Shown here piece by piece: positions 1 to 9,404 of a stretch of 58,319 nucleotides of DNA. The translations under genes and the position numbers were made by a program. The DNA lies in contig JAZUOA010000168.1 in assembly GCA_045604445.1 (NCBI GenBank), positions 1-58,319 of the forward strand, written 5' to 3'. Origin of the DNA: Acutalibacteraceae bacterium. GTDB taxonomy: Bacteria; Bacillota; Clostridia; Oscillospirales; Acutalibacteraceae. Under the pieces are notes generated by a model. It was not told the DNA's origin, ran no database searches, and saw only the letters and a list, made by a program, of their open reading frames with translations. The first letter of the stretch is position 1. The number at the start of each line of letters is the position of its first letter.

Positions 1-233
1 TTACCTGCGACCCTGTTTGCGGACTTGTGCAAATCCCTTGTATAGAGAGAAATGCCGTTGCGGCGATGCGCGCAATAAACGCTCTTTCCCTTGCAAATTT
101 CCTTACATCAACAAGAAAGGTTAAATTTGACACAGTTGTTGAAACAATGTATCAGACAGGTAAGGATTTAAAGCACCATTACCGCGAAACAAGCGAGGGT
201 GGCCTTGCAGCAAATTATGAAGCTTTAGATTGA
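1..233 (+). CDS. sdaAA: L-serine dehydratase, iron-sulfur dependent, alpha subunit (C-terminal fragment; 5' end outside window)
   Basis: Frame 3 is open from the window edge. The translation ..TCDPVCGLVQIPCIERNAVAAMRAINA..YRETSEGGLA matches the conserved C-terminal region of Fe-S L-serine dehydratase alpha chains. The track start at 27 (GTG) is internal. Confidence 0.8.
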   Translation, partial: TCDPVCGLVQIPCIERNAVAAMRAINALSLANFLTSTRKVKFDTVVETMYQTGKDLKHHYRETSEGGLAANYEALD

Positions 234-279
234 TTTTAAAATCGTAAGCAGCTTACTTTTACAATAAGGAGTGGAAATT

Positions 280-1725
280 ATGGCAAAAGTGAAAACTGAA
301 AATGCAGCTGTTAAAACCGAGCATCCGAATAAAATCGGTATCCGAGAGGGTATTGGCTATATGCTTGGCGATGGTGGAAACTTATTTGTTCTTACATATG
401 TTTCTTCATATCTGAAGGTGTTTTACACCGATGTTTTAAAGCTACCGACCTCAAAGGTTGCAAATTTATTTCTTTTAACTCGCCTTTGGGATGCAATCAA
501 CGACCCTATGTGGGGCGCAATCGTTGCTAAAAAGAAGCCTAATAAGGATGGTAAATACCGCCCATACCTTAAATGGCTTGCAATACCCCTTGCTCTTTCT
601 CAAGTTTTATGCTTTGCCAATGTAAATAATTTTACCCAAAGCCCCGTTTTGCTTCTTGTTTTTGCCTATATAACATACATCGCTTTTGGTATGCTATACA
701 CAGGCATGAATGTTCCTTTCGGCTCATTGGCATCTGTTATTACTGATGACCCGGATGGCAGAACTCTTCTCTCCACTTTCCGCACAATCGGAAGCGGTGT
801 AGGCGGTGCCGCACCTGCTCTTTTGGCACCTTTCCTTATTTACACAACCGTTACTGCTGCAGATGGTTCTACCTACAACGTTGCAGATGGTCAGGGTATG
901 TTTAACTTTGCTCTTGTTATGGGCGTATTGTCAATAATATTCTACTACGCCTGCTATGGTATGACTAAAGAGCGCGTGCCCTCAGAGGCAGAGCCTAAGG
1001 TTAATATGAAAGAAATCTATGGAGGCATGATTAAAAGCAAGCCCTTTGTAGTTCTTGCAATAACAGGTATTCTTATAAGCGGTCAGCTTCAATTCAACTC
1101 CCTTAACCAATACCTTTACAAAAACTATTTCTGCAACACATCCCTTTCCGTTGTGGGCACAATTGCTCAATACGCCCCTCTTGTGCTTATGCTTCCCTTC
1201 TCCGGCAAAATCATTAAAAAATTCGGCAAAAAGGAGATATGCGGCGTTACCTCCTTCATTTCCGCAGCGGCTGCTGTTGCAACCTTTCTTATTAAGCCCG
1301 AACCTGACCAGGCATGGCTATTCCTTTTGCTGCAATTTATTATAGGCTTCGGTTACTCTTTTGTTTCTATAACCAACTGGGCAATTGTTGCAGATGTTAT
1401 CGACTATCAGCTTTATAAAACAGGCATCAAAAACGAAAGCGCTGTTTACGCAGTTTATACATTCTGCCGCAAATTAGGCCAGACTGCCGCAGACTACGGC
1501 GGACTTATCCTTTTAGGTAAGGTGGGCTACGAAGCAACAACAATGGCAAATGCAGGCTATGTTGAAGGCATAAGCGAGGGTATTTTATCCGTTTGCACGC
1601 TTATTCCTGCAGTTACATACACGCTTGTATTTATACTCTACAAATTCTTCTATCCGCTTACAAAAGAAAAGCTTGAACCCGTTTATGCTTACGTTAGAGA
1701 AGCTAACGAAAAAATGGGAGCATAA
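280..1725 (+). CDS. glycoside-pentoside-hexuronide (GPH) family sugar:cation symporter
   Basis: Polytopic hydrophobic protein with the N-terminal signature GYMLGDGG..LLTRLWDAINDPMWG typical of MelB/XylP-type GPH carriers. AAGGAG at 266-271 favours the ATG at 280 over the track GTG at 271. Confidence 0.8.
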   Translation: MAKVKTENAAVKTEHPNKIGIREGIGYMLGDGGNLFVLTYVSSYLKVFYTDVLKLPTSKVANLFLLTRLWDAINDPMWGAIVAKKKPNKDGKYRPYLKWLAIPLALSQVLCFANVNNFTQSPVLLLVFAYITYIAFGMLYTGMNVPFGSLASVITDDPDGRTLLSTFRTIGSGVGGAAPALLAPFLIYTTVTAADGSTYNVADGQGMFNFALVMGVLSIIFYYACYGMTKERVPSEAEPKVNMKEIYGGMIKSKPFVVLAITGILISGQLQFNSLNQYLYKNYFCNTSLSVVGTIAQYAPLVLMLPFSGKIIKKFGKKEICGVTSFISAAAAVATFLIKPEPDQAWLFLLLQFIIGFGYSFVSITNWAIVADVIDYQLYKTGIKNESAVYAVYTFCRKLGQTAADYGGLILLGKVGYEATTMANAGYVEGISEGILSVCTLIPAVTYTLVFILYKFFYPLTKEKLEPVYAYVREANEKMGA

Positions 1726-1733
1726 AAATTTTG

Positions 1734-1761
1734 AAAGGCATCCCCTACGGATGCCTTTTTT
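1734..1761 (+). terminator. rho-independent terminator-like hairpin after the GPH symporter gene
   Basis: AAAGGCATCC / GGATGCCTTT stem with a 5-nt loop, followed by a T-run. Confidence 0.55.
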
Positions 1762-1773
1762 CAGGAGTTTATT

Positions 1774-2847
1774 ATGAAAAAAGTTGGTAAACAAGTTCTT
1801 TTAATACCCGCCGGGAAGGGTAGCTCCCGAAACGGAGAGGGTTCATTTATAACCCTTAAAAACGGAAATATTTTATTTGGCTACACTGAATTTTCAAGCC
1901 AAGGCCGAGAGGATGAGGATATTGCCCGAATATGTGCCGTTTTATCAGAGGATGGTGGCAAAAGCTGGTCAGAGCCCTTTGCTCTTTTTGAAAAGCCGGA
2001 AAACGCATTGAACATTATGTGCCTTTCCTTTTTAAGAATGAACAACGGCGATATAGGTGCATTTTATATTGAAAAATGCCTTGACGGAACTGATAAAATA
2101 ATGCTTACCCGCTCCTTTGATGAAGGCGCAAGCTGGTCAGAACCCAAAAACTGCATTGAAGGAATAACAGAAGAAGATTATTATGTTTTAAATAATGATA
2201 GGGTTATACGCCTTAAAAACGGAAGAATCCTTTTTGCTCTTGCCCGCCACACAATTCACTCAGCAGCTACAGATTTCCCTCCCGGTGAAATATGCTTTTT
2301 CTATTCGGATGATGACGGAAAAGCCTTTAAAAAATCATCGCAGGTATTAAGCTGCCCTTTTAAAAATGACCCTAACGGCTTTCAGGAGCCCGGGCTTTTT
2401 GAGTTTGATAATGGCAAAATCTGGTGCTATATAAGAACCGGGCTTGGCTTTCAGTTTCAATGCTTTTCCGAAGATTGTGGTGAAAGCTGGTCAGAACCCG
2501 AACCAAACTTATTTTTCTCATCCCCATGTTCTCCTATGCTTGTTAAAAACCTGAAAAACTTAACTGTTGCAATTTTCAATCCTATCCCTGAGCATATTTT
2601 AAGAGATGATGAAAAAGAATTCTGGGGCAGAACACCATTTGCTCTGGCTGTAAGCAGAGATAACGGCAAAACCTTCAAACAGGAGGATTTGTATTATATC
2701 GAGGATGACCTTAACAACGGCTATTGTTACCCGGCAATTTTAAAACGCGAAGATCATTTCCTTGCAGCTTATTACCATAGCAACGGAACTAATTGTTGCC
2801 TTAACAGTACTAAAATTATTAAGATTATGTTTGAGGAAATCGAATAA
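1774..2847 (+). CDS. BNR/Asp-box repeat sialidase-like glycosidase (no signal peptide)
   Basis: Four Asp-box motifs (SEDGGKSW, SFDEGASW, SEDCGESW, SRDNGKTF) spaced as in a six-bladed propeller. RBS CAGGAG at 1762-1767. Confidence 0.7.
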   Translation: MKKVGKQVLLIPAGKGSSRNGEGSFITLKNGNILFGYTEFSSQGREDEDIARICAVLSEDGGKSWSEPFALFEKPENALNIMCLSFLRMNNGDIGAFYIEKCLDGTDKIMLTRSFDEGASWSEPKNCIEGITEEDYYVLNNDRVIRLKNGRILFALARHTIHSAATDFPPGEICFFYSDDDGKAFKKSSQVLSCPFKNDPNGFQEPGLFEFDNGKIWCYIRTGLGFQFQCFSEDCGESWSEPEPNLFFSSPCSPMLVKNLKNLTVAIFNPIPEHILRDDEKEFWGRTPFALAVSRDNGKTFKQEDLYYIEDDLNNGYCYPAILKREDHFLAAYYHSNGTNCCLNSTKIIKIMFEEIE

Positions 2848-2887
2848 CCCGGAATAATATCACATATCAAAATTTAAGAAATTAAAT

Positions 2888-2932
2888 AAAACAGCTGCAG
2901 CCAGGCTTTAAGCGTTGACTGCAGCTGTTTTT
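2888..2932. terminator. bidirectional terminator hairpin
   Basis: Perfect 13-bp stem AAAACAGCTGCAG / CTGCAGCTGTTTT. T-run on the plus strand and an A-run on the left flank. Confidence 0.65.
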
Positions 2933-3098
2933 ACATCTGCGTATTCTGGTTTTCTTCTATCCATGATGGGCTACCTGTTTCGGTAACTGTTGATTTCTTT
3001 GGTGGTTGTTTTTCTTTTTTGGAGTTTTCTGCGTTTACAATATGAACACCGTTTATTTTTGTTACCCTGCGATTTGATTTGTTATTGTTATTTTTCAT
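2931..3098 (-). CDS. candidate small hydrophilic protein (55 aa), below the ORF-track size cutoff
   Basis: ATG at 3098 is preceded by GAGG at 3106-3109 (7-nt spacer). Hand translation gives MKNNNNKSNRRVTKINGVHIVNAENSKKEKQPPKKSTVTETGSPSWIEENQNTQM. The TAA at 2931-2933 overlaps the 2888-2931 hairpin. No family recognised. Confidence 0.3.
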   Translation of the reverse strand: MKNNNNKSNRRVTKINGVHIVNAENSKKEKQPPKKSTVTETGSPSWIEENQNTQM

Positions 3099-3244
3099 TT
3101 TTTTACCTCATTATTTTGAAATGTATATTATATTATTTCAATTTGTTTACGGTTTATACTTGTTTTAAAAGGTTAACTCTGCTATACTGTATTATGTATT
3201 TTTATGTATTAAAATCCAACAAATTTATAAATTTGGAAGTGTGA

Positions 3245-4237
3245 ATGTTAATGAATTTTAAAAGGATTGCATCTTTAACAACGGCAATATGTTGCTTTCT
3301 TTCAGTTCTTGTTTTCTCAGGTTGCGATACTTTGAAAAAAGACCCTGCAATGAGCATAAATGGTGTAGAAATCAGCAACGATGTTTTTACTTATTTTCTC
3401 GATTGCGCAACTGTTGAATTAGGCGTTGAAGCCCCCTACGATTCCCTCATAGAAAAAGCAGAAGCTCTTGCTTCCACTTATTTTAAAACAAACAGCCTTG
3501 CCCATCAACGAAAAGTATCTCTCACAACTGCTGAAAAGGCGGCAGTTTCTGAAAATGTCGGAGCATACTGGAGCCTCTATGGTGAGTATTACACAAAAAT
3601 AGGCGTTTCGAGAGAAACTCTTACAAAGGTTTTCACTGCTGACGCTTACCGAAAAGCTTTGCTCGTGCATTTTTACGGCACCGGTGGCGAAGAAGAAATC
3701 CCTCTCACTCACCTTTATGCACAATTCCGCACAAATTATATTGTTTTTCAATCCATAACAGGCTATTTCACAAAAACAGATATTAACGGGCAAACAATAA
3801 GCATACCCGAAGAGAAAAAAGAAACTCTTATTCTTAAATTTCAAAATATGGCAGCTATGGTTAATGCAGGCGAACAGGATATGGAGCAGGCTGCAGAATT
3901 TTTAGGAGAAACAGGCTACCAAAGCTCTGTTCAAACGGTTATTTTAAACCGCGATGATAAAAGCTACCCTGCAGGCTTTTTTGAAAAGGTTCAAGGCCTT
4001 GAATCAAGAAGAGCTACTGTAATCGGAACAACAGAATACATTTTCCTCGTTCTTCGCGGCGACGCCGATACCCAAAGCGATTATTTCAACGAGAAAAAGC
4101 CCGAAATGATTGAAATTATCGTGGGTAATGAAATTGATGAAAAAATAGCATCATCAATTAAAACGAATGTTAAGGTTACCAACTCTGTTGCCAGAGGTTA
4201 CCTTTCGTTAATTACAAAAGCCAAGGTGAATTTATGA
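3245..4237 (+). CDS. hypothetical lipoprotein
   Basis: Signal peptide ending in the lipobox-like LVFSGC. The rest is hydrophilic and I recognise no family. Its stop overlaps the next gene start by 4 nt. Confidence 0.55.
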   Translation: MLMNFKRIASLTTAICCFLSVLVFSGCDTLKKDPAMSINGVEISNDVFTYFLDCATVELGVEAPYDSLIEKAEALASTYFKTNSLAHQRKVSLTTAEKAAVSENVGAYWSLYGEYYTKIGVSRETLTKVFTADAYRKALLVHFYGTGGEEEIPLTHLYAQFRTNYIVFQSITGYFTKTDINGQTISIPEEKKETLILKFQNMAAMVNAGEQDMEQAAEFLGETGYQSSVQTVILNRDDKSYPAGFFEKVQGLESRRATVIGTTEYIFLVLRGDADTQSDYFNEKKPEMIEIIVGNEIDEKIASSIKTNVKVTNSVARGYLSLITKAKVNL

Positions 4238-4773
4238 ACAGCGTAATTGAAAATATTATGACTCGCCAAACAATACGCGAGTATACAAGCGAAGAAATCC
4301 CCCGGGAGCTTCTTCAGGTGGTGTTGGATGCGGCAATCCGCGCGCCAAGCGGCAGAAACACCCAACCATGCCATCTCAGAGTTTTATCAAACCGCGAAAA
4401 GCTCGAAGAAATGAACACGGATTTCAAAAACATTGTGGGTTGGGATACTCCTGCATATACAGGCTGGAACCTCCGCCCCGTCTACCACAACGCCCCCACC
4501 TTCATTTTTATCTTCGCCAAAGATAAAAGCGATATGGCGGCAGGCCTTATGGCAGAAAATATCGCCCTTGCCGCCCACGCGATTGGATTAGGCTCTTGTA
4601 TGGTAGGCTCAATCGGGGCTCTTTTTGATAACAAGCAAGCCGCTGAAAAATGGAAAAATTATTTGGAAATTCCTGAAGACTGGCAATTCCTTTTAGGTAT
4701 CACCTTAGGTTACCCTAACGAAAAGCCACCAATGAAGGAACGAGAAAAAGGACATATAAAATTTATAAAATAA
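4234..4773 (+). CDS. nitroreductase family protein
   Basis: N-terminal RQTIREYTSEEIP..LLQVVLDAAIRAPSGRNTQPCHLRVL is the classical NfsB/FRase-type nitroreductase signature. Confidence 0.8.
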   Translation: MNSVIENIMTRQTIREYTSEEIPRELLQVVLDAAIRAPSGRNTQPCHLRVLSNREKLEEMNTDFKNIVGWDTPAYTGWNLRPVYHNAPTFIFIFAKDKSDMAAGLMAENIALAAHAIGLGSCMVGSIGALFDNKQAAEKWKNYLEIPEDWQFLLGITLGYPNEKPPMKEREKGHIKFIK

Positions 4774-4782
4774 GGATATTTT

Positions 4783-6648
4783 ATGAAATATTTTGCAGAT
4801 TATTATGACGTTGCGGTTATTGGCGCAGGCCACGCAGGCATTGAAGCCGCTCTTGCCTCCGCAAGATTAGGCGCAAAAACCGTAATTTTTACAGTTAACT
4901 TGGATTGGATAGGCAATATGGCGTGCAATCCCTCAATAGGCGGCACCTCAAAAGGTCATCTTGTGCGCGAAATTGATGCTTTGGGCGGTGAAATGGGTAA
5001 AGCCGCCGATAAAACCCTTATTCAAAGCCGCATTCTTAATCTGGGTAAAGGCCCAGCAGTTCACTCATTAAGAGCGCAAATTGACCGCCGTGATTATACT
5101 CAGTATATGAAGCATTGCCTGGAAAACCAACAAAATCTTGATATGAAGCAGGGCGAAATTGTTTCACTTATTAAGAATAATGACGGTCTTTGGGAATTTG
5201 AAACAAGGCTTGAAGCAGTGTACACTGCAAAATGCGTTGTTATTGCAACAGGCACATTCCTGCGAGGCAGGGTTTATGTTGGTGATGTTTCCTACGAAAG
5301 CGGACCCGATGGTATGTTTCCTTCAAATGAGCTATCTGATTCGCTCTTAAAGCTGGGCATTCCTTTAAGAAGATTTAAAACAGGAACTCCTCCCCGAGTT
5401 AACAAAAACAGCGTTGATTTCACAGGGCTTGAAGAACAAACCGGTGACAAGGAAATAACACCCTTCTCCTTTGAGACTCCCGAAGGTGTTTTAGAAAACA
5501 AGGCTATTTGCCATATTACATACACAAACCCTGAAACAAAGCAGGTTATCCTTGATAATCTTCACCGTTCACCCCTTTATTCAAATAAAATAGAGGGAGT
5601 CGGGCCTAGATATTGCCCCAGTATTGAAGATAAAATTGTGCGTTTTTCCGAAAAGGAGCGTCACCAGGTTTTCATTGAGCCTTGCGGCTTGGAAACAGAG
5701 GAGCTTTATCTTCAGGGGCTCTCCTCATCGCTCCCTGAGGATATACAGCTAAAAATTTTGAAAAGCATTAAAGGGCTTGAAAATGTTAAGGTAATGCGCA
5801 CAGCTTATGCTATAGAATACGATTGCGTTGACCCCTTGGCGCTAAAATCCACTCTTGAATTTACGGATTTAGATGGTCTTTTCGGTGCAGGTCAGTTCAA
5901 CGGCTCTTCAGGTTACGAAGAAGCCGCTGCCCAAGGGCTTGTTGCCGGCGTTAACGCAGCGCATAAGGTGTTAGGCAAAGAGTCCTTTACCCTTGACAGA
6001 AGCACCTCCTATATAGGCACCCTTATTGACGACCTTGTTACAAAAGGTTGCCGCGACCCCTACAGAATGATGACCTCCCGAAGCGAATACCGCCTTATTT
6101 TAAGGGAAGACAATGCTGATTTGCGCCTTACTGAAACAGGCTACAAATTAGGGCTCATAAGCGAAGAACGATACCAAAAGCTTTTAGAAAAAATTAAGCT
6201 TATTGAAGAGGAAACCGCAAGGGTTGAGAAAATTACAATTCCGCCATCAGAGGAATTGGCTTCGGTTTTGGAAAATGCGGGCACTGCACCTACTATCACA
6301 GGCTGCCGCCTATCCGAGCTTTTGAAAAGGCCGCAATTATCATATAAATTGCTGGCTCCCTTTGATAAGCGCCGACCCGATTTACCCGGAGAAGTTTTCG
6401 AACAAGTTGAAATCAACCTTAAATATGCAGGATATATAAAACGCCAGCTTGCGCAGGTTGATGAGCAAAAGCGCTTAGAGGTAAAGAAAATCCCTGAGGA
6501 TATCAATTATGATGATATAACAAATCTTCGCCTTGAAGCAATTGAAAAGCTTAAAAAAATACGCCCCGAAACTATCGGGCAGGCATCCCGCATAAGCGGT
6601 GTTTCCCCTGCTGATATCGCGGTGCTTTTGATATATCTGAAAAAATAA
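4783..6648 (+). CDS. mnmG: tRNA uridine-5-carboxymethylaminomethyl(34) synthesis enzyme MnmG (GidA)
   Basis: 621 aa. FAD motif DVAVIGAGHAGIEAA, PSIGGTSKGHLVREIDALGG, and the C-terminal GQASRISGVSPADI motif. Confidence 0.95.
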   Translation: MKYFADYYDVAVIGAGHAGIEAALASARLGAKTVIFTVNLDWIGNMACNPSIGGTSKGHLVREIDALGGEMGKAADKTLIQSRILNLGKGPAVHSLRAQIDRRDYTQYMKHCLENQQNLDMKQGEIVSLIKNNDGLWEFETRLEAVYTAKCVVIATGTFLRGRVYVGDVSYESGPDGMFPSNELSDSLLKLGIPLRRFKTGTPPRVNKNSVDFTGLEEQTGDKEITPFSFETPEGVLENKAICHITYTNPETKQVILDNLHRSPLYSNKIEGVGPRYCPSIEDKIVRFSEKERHQVFIEPCGLETEELYLQGLSSSLPEDIQLKILKSIKGLENVKVMRTAYAIEYDCVDPLALKSTLEFTDLDGLFGAGQFNGSSGYEEAAAQGLVAGVNAAHKVLGKESFTLDRSTSYIGTLIDDLVTKGCRDPYRMMTSRSEYRLILREDNADLRLTETGYKLGLISEERYQKLLEKIKLIEEETARVEKITIPPSEELASVLENAGTAPTITGCRLSELLKRPQLSYKLLAPFDKRRPDLPGEVFEQVEINLKYAGYIKRQLAQVDEQKRLEVKKIPEDINYDDITNLRLEAIEKLKKIRPETIGQASRISGVSPADIAVLLIYLKK

Positions 6649-6660
6649 GGAGTGCTTAAA

Positions 6661-8385
6661 ATGATTCCGAGAAACGAACACCCCAATCCAAACTTTAAAA
6701 GAACGGATTACATAATTTTAAACGGCCAATGGGATTTCGAGTTTGACCATGGTAAAAGCGGCGAAGCAAGGGCACTTTTTGCCGAAGACGCTGAATACTC
6801 CCATAAAATCAACGTTCCTTTCTGCCCCGAAAGTGAGCTTTCAGGAATAGGCTGCAAGGATTTTATGGCAGGCGTCTGGTACAAAAGAACTATTGAAATT
6901 TCTGAAAACCAACTTAAAGGAAAAGCCTTCATTGTTTTCGGTGCAGTAGATTTTCATACAAAGGTTTATGTTAACGGCAATTTTGCAGGCGAGCATTTCG
7001 GCGGTTACACCTCTTTCAGAATTGATGCCACAAGGCTTCTTAAAAAAGGCACAAATACTCTAACCGTTTACGCCGAGGATGACACTCGCGATTATCATCA
7101 GGCAAGAGGTAAGCAAAGCGAGCTTTATCATTCTCACGATTGTGATTACACCAGAACAACAGGAATCTGGCAGACCGTTTATATGGAATTCTGCCCTGAA
7201 AGCTATATAAAAAATGTTAAATATTTCCCCAACATTGCAGAGGGAAGCGTTACAATTACCGCCGACCTTGTCGGAGATGATTGCGATTTTTCTGCAAAGG
7301 CTTTCTGGGAATGCAAAGAGGTTGGCTTCAAAAAGCTTAAAACACAAGGCCAGACTGCAACGCTGACCCTTGAGCTTTCAGAAAAGCATCTTTGGGAGGT
7401 TGGCAAGGGCGGTCTTTACTCCCTTGAATTAACCTTTGGGGATGATATTGTTACAAGCTATTTTGGTCTCAGAGAGGTTAAATTAACTGATAAGGCTATA
7501 AACATTAACGGAAAGCCTGTTTTCCAACGCCTCATTCTTGACCAGGGCTTCTACCCTGACGGTATATATACTGCCCCAACTGCAGAAGCTCTTAAAAATG
7601 ATATTTTGCTTTCAATGAAAGCAGGCTTTAACGGAGCAAGGCTTCATCAGAAAATTTTTGAACCCTTATTCCTTCATTATTGCGATGAGCTCGGATATAT
7701 TGTTTGGGGCGAACACGGCAACTGGGGGCTTGATTGGTCTCAATTCGACTCTCTTCGCTACTTTCTTTTGGAAATCGAAGAAGAAATTGAAAGAGATTTC
7801 AACCATCCTTCAATCATCGGTTGGTGCCCTTATAATGAAACATGGGATATTGACGGCAGAAAGCAGGATGATGATGTTATAAAAACTGTTTACAGAACAG
7901 TTAAAAACCTTGATAAAACCCGCCCCTGCATAGATACAAGCGGTAATTTCCACGTTGAAACAGATATTTTTGATGTTCATGATTACGATCAGGACTGCGA
8001 TATTTTTAAGGGTCATTACGAAGACCTTACAAACAAAAACATTCTTTTTGACCACCAAGGTCACCGCCAGACCTGGAAGGGTGAACCTGTATTTATGAGC
8101 GAATACGGCGGAATAAGAGTTGAGCTTAAGGATATCAAGGAAAACGACAGGGAAAAAGCCTGGGGTTACGGCAATGCGGCAACTAGCCTTGAAGAATTTT
8201 ACGCCCGTTATGACGGACTTACAACCGCTTTGATTGATTGCCCCAAGATGATAGGCTTCTGCTACACTCAGCTTACAGATGTTGAGCAGGAATTAAACGG
8301 TATTTACAGATATGACCGCTCCGAAAAATTTGATTCAGAAATCCTCTATAAAATCAACACTAAGAAAGCCGCTATTGAAAAATAA
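6661..8385 (+). CDS. glycoside hydrolase family 2-like protein (beta-galactosidase/beta-glucuronidase type)
   Basis: N-terminal sugar-binding-domain pattern (LNGQWDFEFD, GVWYKR, VFGAVDFHTKVYVNG) and TIM-barrel segments (GFNGARLHQK, NHPSIIGWCPYNE). AAGGAG at 6648-6653 favours the ATG at 6661. Confidence 0.7.
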   Translation: MIPRNEHPNPNFKRTDYIILNGQWDFEFDHGKSGEARALFAEDAEYSHKINVPFCPESELSGIGCKDFMAGVWYKRTIEISENQLKGKAFIVFGAVDFHTKVYVNGNFAGEHFGGYTSFRIDATRLLKKGTNTLTVYAEDDTRDYHQARGKQSELYHSHDCDYTRTTGIWQTVYMEFCPESYIKNVKYFPNIAEGSVTITADLVGDDCDFSAKAFWECKEVGFKKLKTQGQTATLTLELSEKHLWEVGKGGLYSLELTFGDDIVTSYFGLREVKLTDKAININGKPVFQRLILDQGFYPDGIYTAPTAEALKNDILLSMKAGFNGARLHQKIFEPLFLHYCDELGYIVWGEHGNWGLDWSQFDSLRYFLLEIEEEIERDFNHPSIIGWCPYNETWDIDGRKQDDDVIKTVYRTVKNLDKTRPCIDTSGNFHVETDIFDVHDYDQDCDIFKGHYEDLTNKNILFDHQGHRQTWKGEPVFMSEYGGIRVELKDIKENDREKAWGYGNAATSLEEFYARYDGLTTALIDCPKMIGFCYTQLTDVEQELNGIYRYDRSEKFDSEILYKINTKKAAIEK

Positions 8386-8406
8386 TAATAAGGCTACAAA
8401 AACACA

Positions 8407-8450
8407 AAAAATGGCTGTAAAAAAACTCACGTTTTTTTACAGCCATTTTT
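8407..8450. terminator. bidirectional terminator, perfect 20-bp stem; member of a repeated hairpin family (second copy at 51478-51521)
   Basis: AAAAATGGCTGTAAAAAAAC-TCAC-GTTTTTTTACAGCCATTTTT between convergent genes. Confidence 0.75.
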
Positions 8451-8462
8451 ACATTATCTTTT

Positions 8463-9392
8463 TTATTTTAAAAATATAGGATTGCTCCATGCCCTTCTGC
8501 CGTTTTTATCTTCGATGCTTACCCTTATATAGCTATAAGGTCTGCTTTCATTTAAATCTATAGTTGCCTCGGTAAGAGATTCTTCGGCTGCTTGGATTTT
8601 CTTTGCGGGGTGTTTATCGCAATGGAAAAGAATTTTTTCGCATTTGCTTGTTTTTACATGAGCAAAATTATTTTCGTCAATATAAAAATCTTTTATTTCA
8701 GGACCGCACGAGGAATAAAAAGCGCCTTTTTCTAAAGCCTTTAAAATTGATTCAACATTGTTTTCTGCATTTACCATAACCCAACCCTTACAATGCTGAT
8801 ACATTTGGTGACCATCGTCGGTTGCAACTGCAAAAAGCTTCATACCCTTACCTAACAACTCATCCCAATACATTCCGTTGTCAGTATCCATATCGTTTTC
8901 TATAGCGCAACCACTGTTCCATATTTCAAAAGCAAAGTTGCCGTTGAGCTTATCAAAATACCGCGTAGGAGTTGAGCTCCACTGAGGGTGGCAATATATT
9001 GTAAGGTTGTTTTTTTGATGCGCTTCATCCAGATAGCATTGATATTCTTCCTGAGTTTTTGCAGTTCCGCTTTCCATTTTCTCATCTTGTTTATAGCCGT
9101 TTTCATCGTTATCCGGCCCTATAAACACAGTGTGAAATGTGCGGAATCCGTCTTCTCTGTCAAAAGTATTATCAAATTCCATTCCGGGAATTATTGTTAT
9201 GTTAACATCATCGGCATAATTTTTGTAATTATAAATCCTATGGTCAGTTAATGCGAGAAAATCATAGCCATTCTTCTTATGAAGTCTTATAACTTCTGCA
9301 GGCTCTCCAACGCCATCTGAACGAGTGGTATGACAATGGAGCCCGCCCTTAAGCATTTTTTTCTGGTTTACAAATGCTTCCTGCCTTTTCAT
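8463..9392 (-). CDS. PHP-domain metallohydrolase (CehA/McbA-like)
   Basis: N-terminal LHCHTTRSDG..YDFLALTDH PHP histidine cluster. Later DDGH motif. Confidence 0.65.
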   Translation of the reverse strand: MKRQEAFVNQKKMLKGGLHCHTTRSDGVGEPAEVIRLHKKNGYDFLALTDHRIYNYKNYADDVNITIIPGMEFDNTFDREDGFRTFHTVFIGPDNDENGYKQDEKMESGTAKTQEEYQCYLDEAHQKNNLTIYCHPQWSSTPTRYFDKLNGNFAFEIWNSGCAIENDMDTDNGMYWDELLGKGMKLFAVATDDGHQMYQHCKGWVMVNAENNVESILKALEKGAFYSSCGPEIKDFYIDENNFAHVKTSKCEKILFHCDKHPAKKIQAAEESLTEATIDLNESRPYSYIRVSIEDKNGRRAWSNPIFLK

Positions 9393-9404
9393 TTTATCAC
9401 CTTT

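Noticed and set aside
2990-3244. 84-aa plus-strand ORF in the 2848-3244 gap.
   Set aside because: It has a TTG start, no RBS and extreme Phe/Leu/Tyr/Cys content typical of translating AT-rich intergenic DNA. The minus-strand 55-codon ORF fits the signals better.
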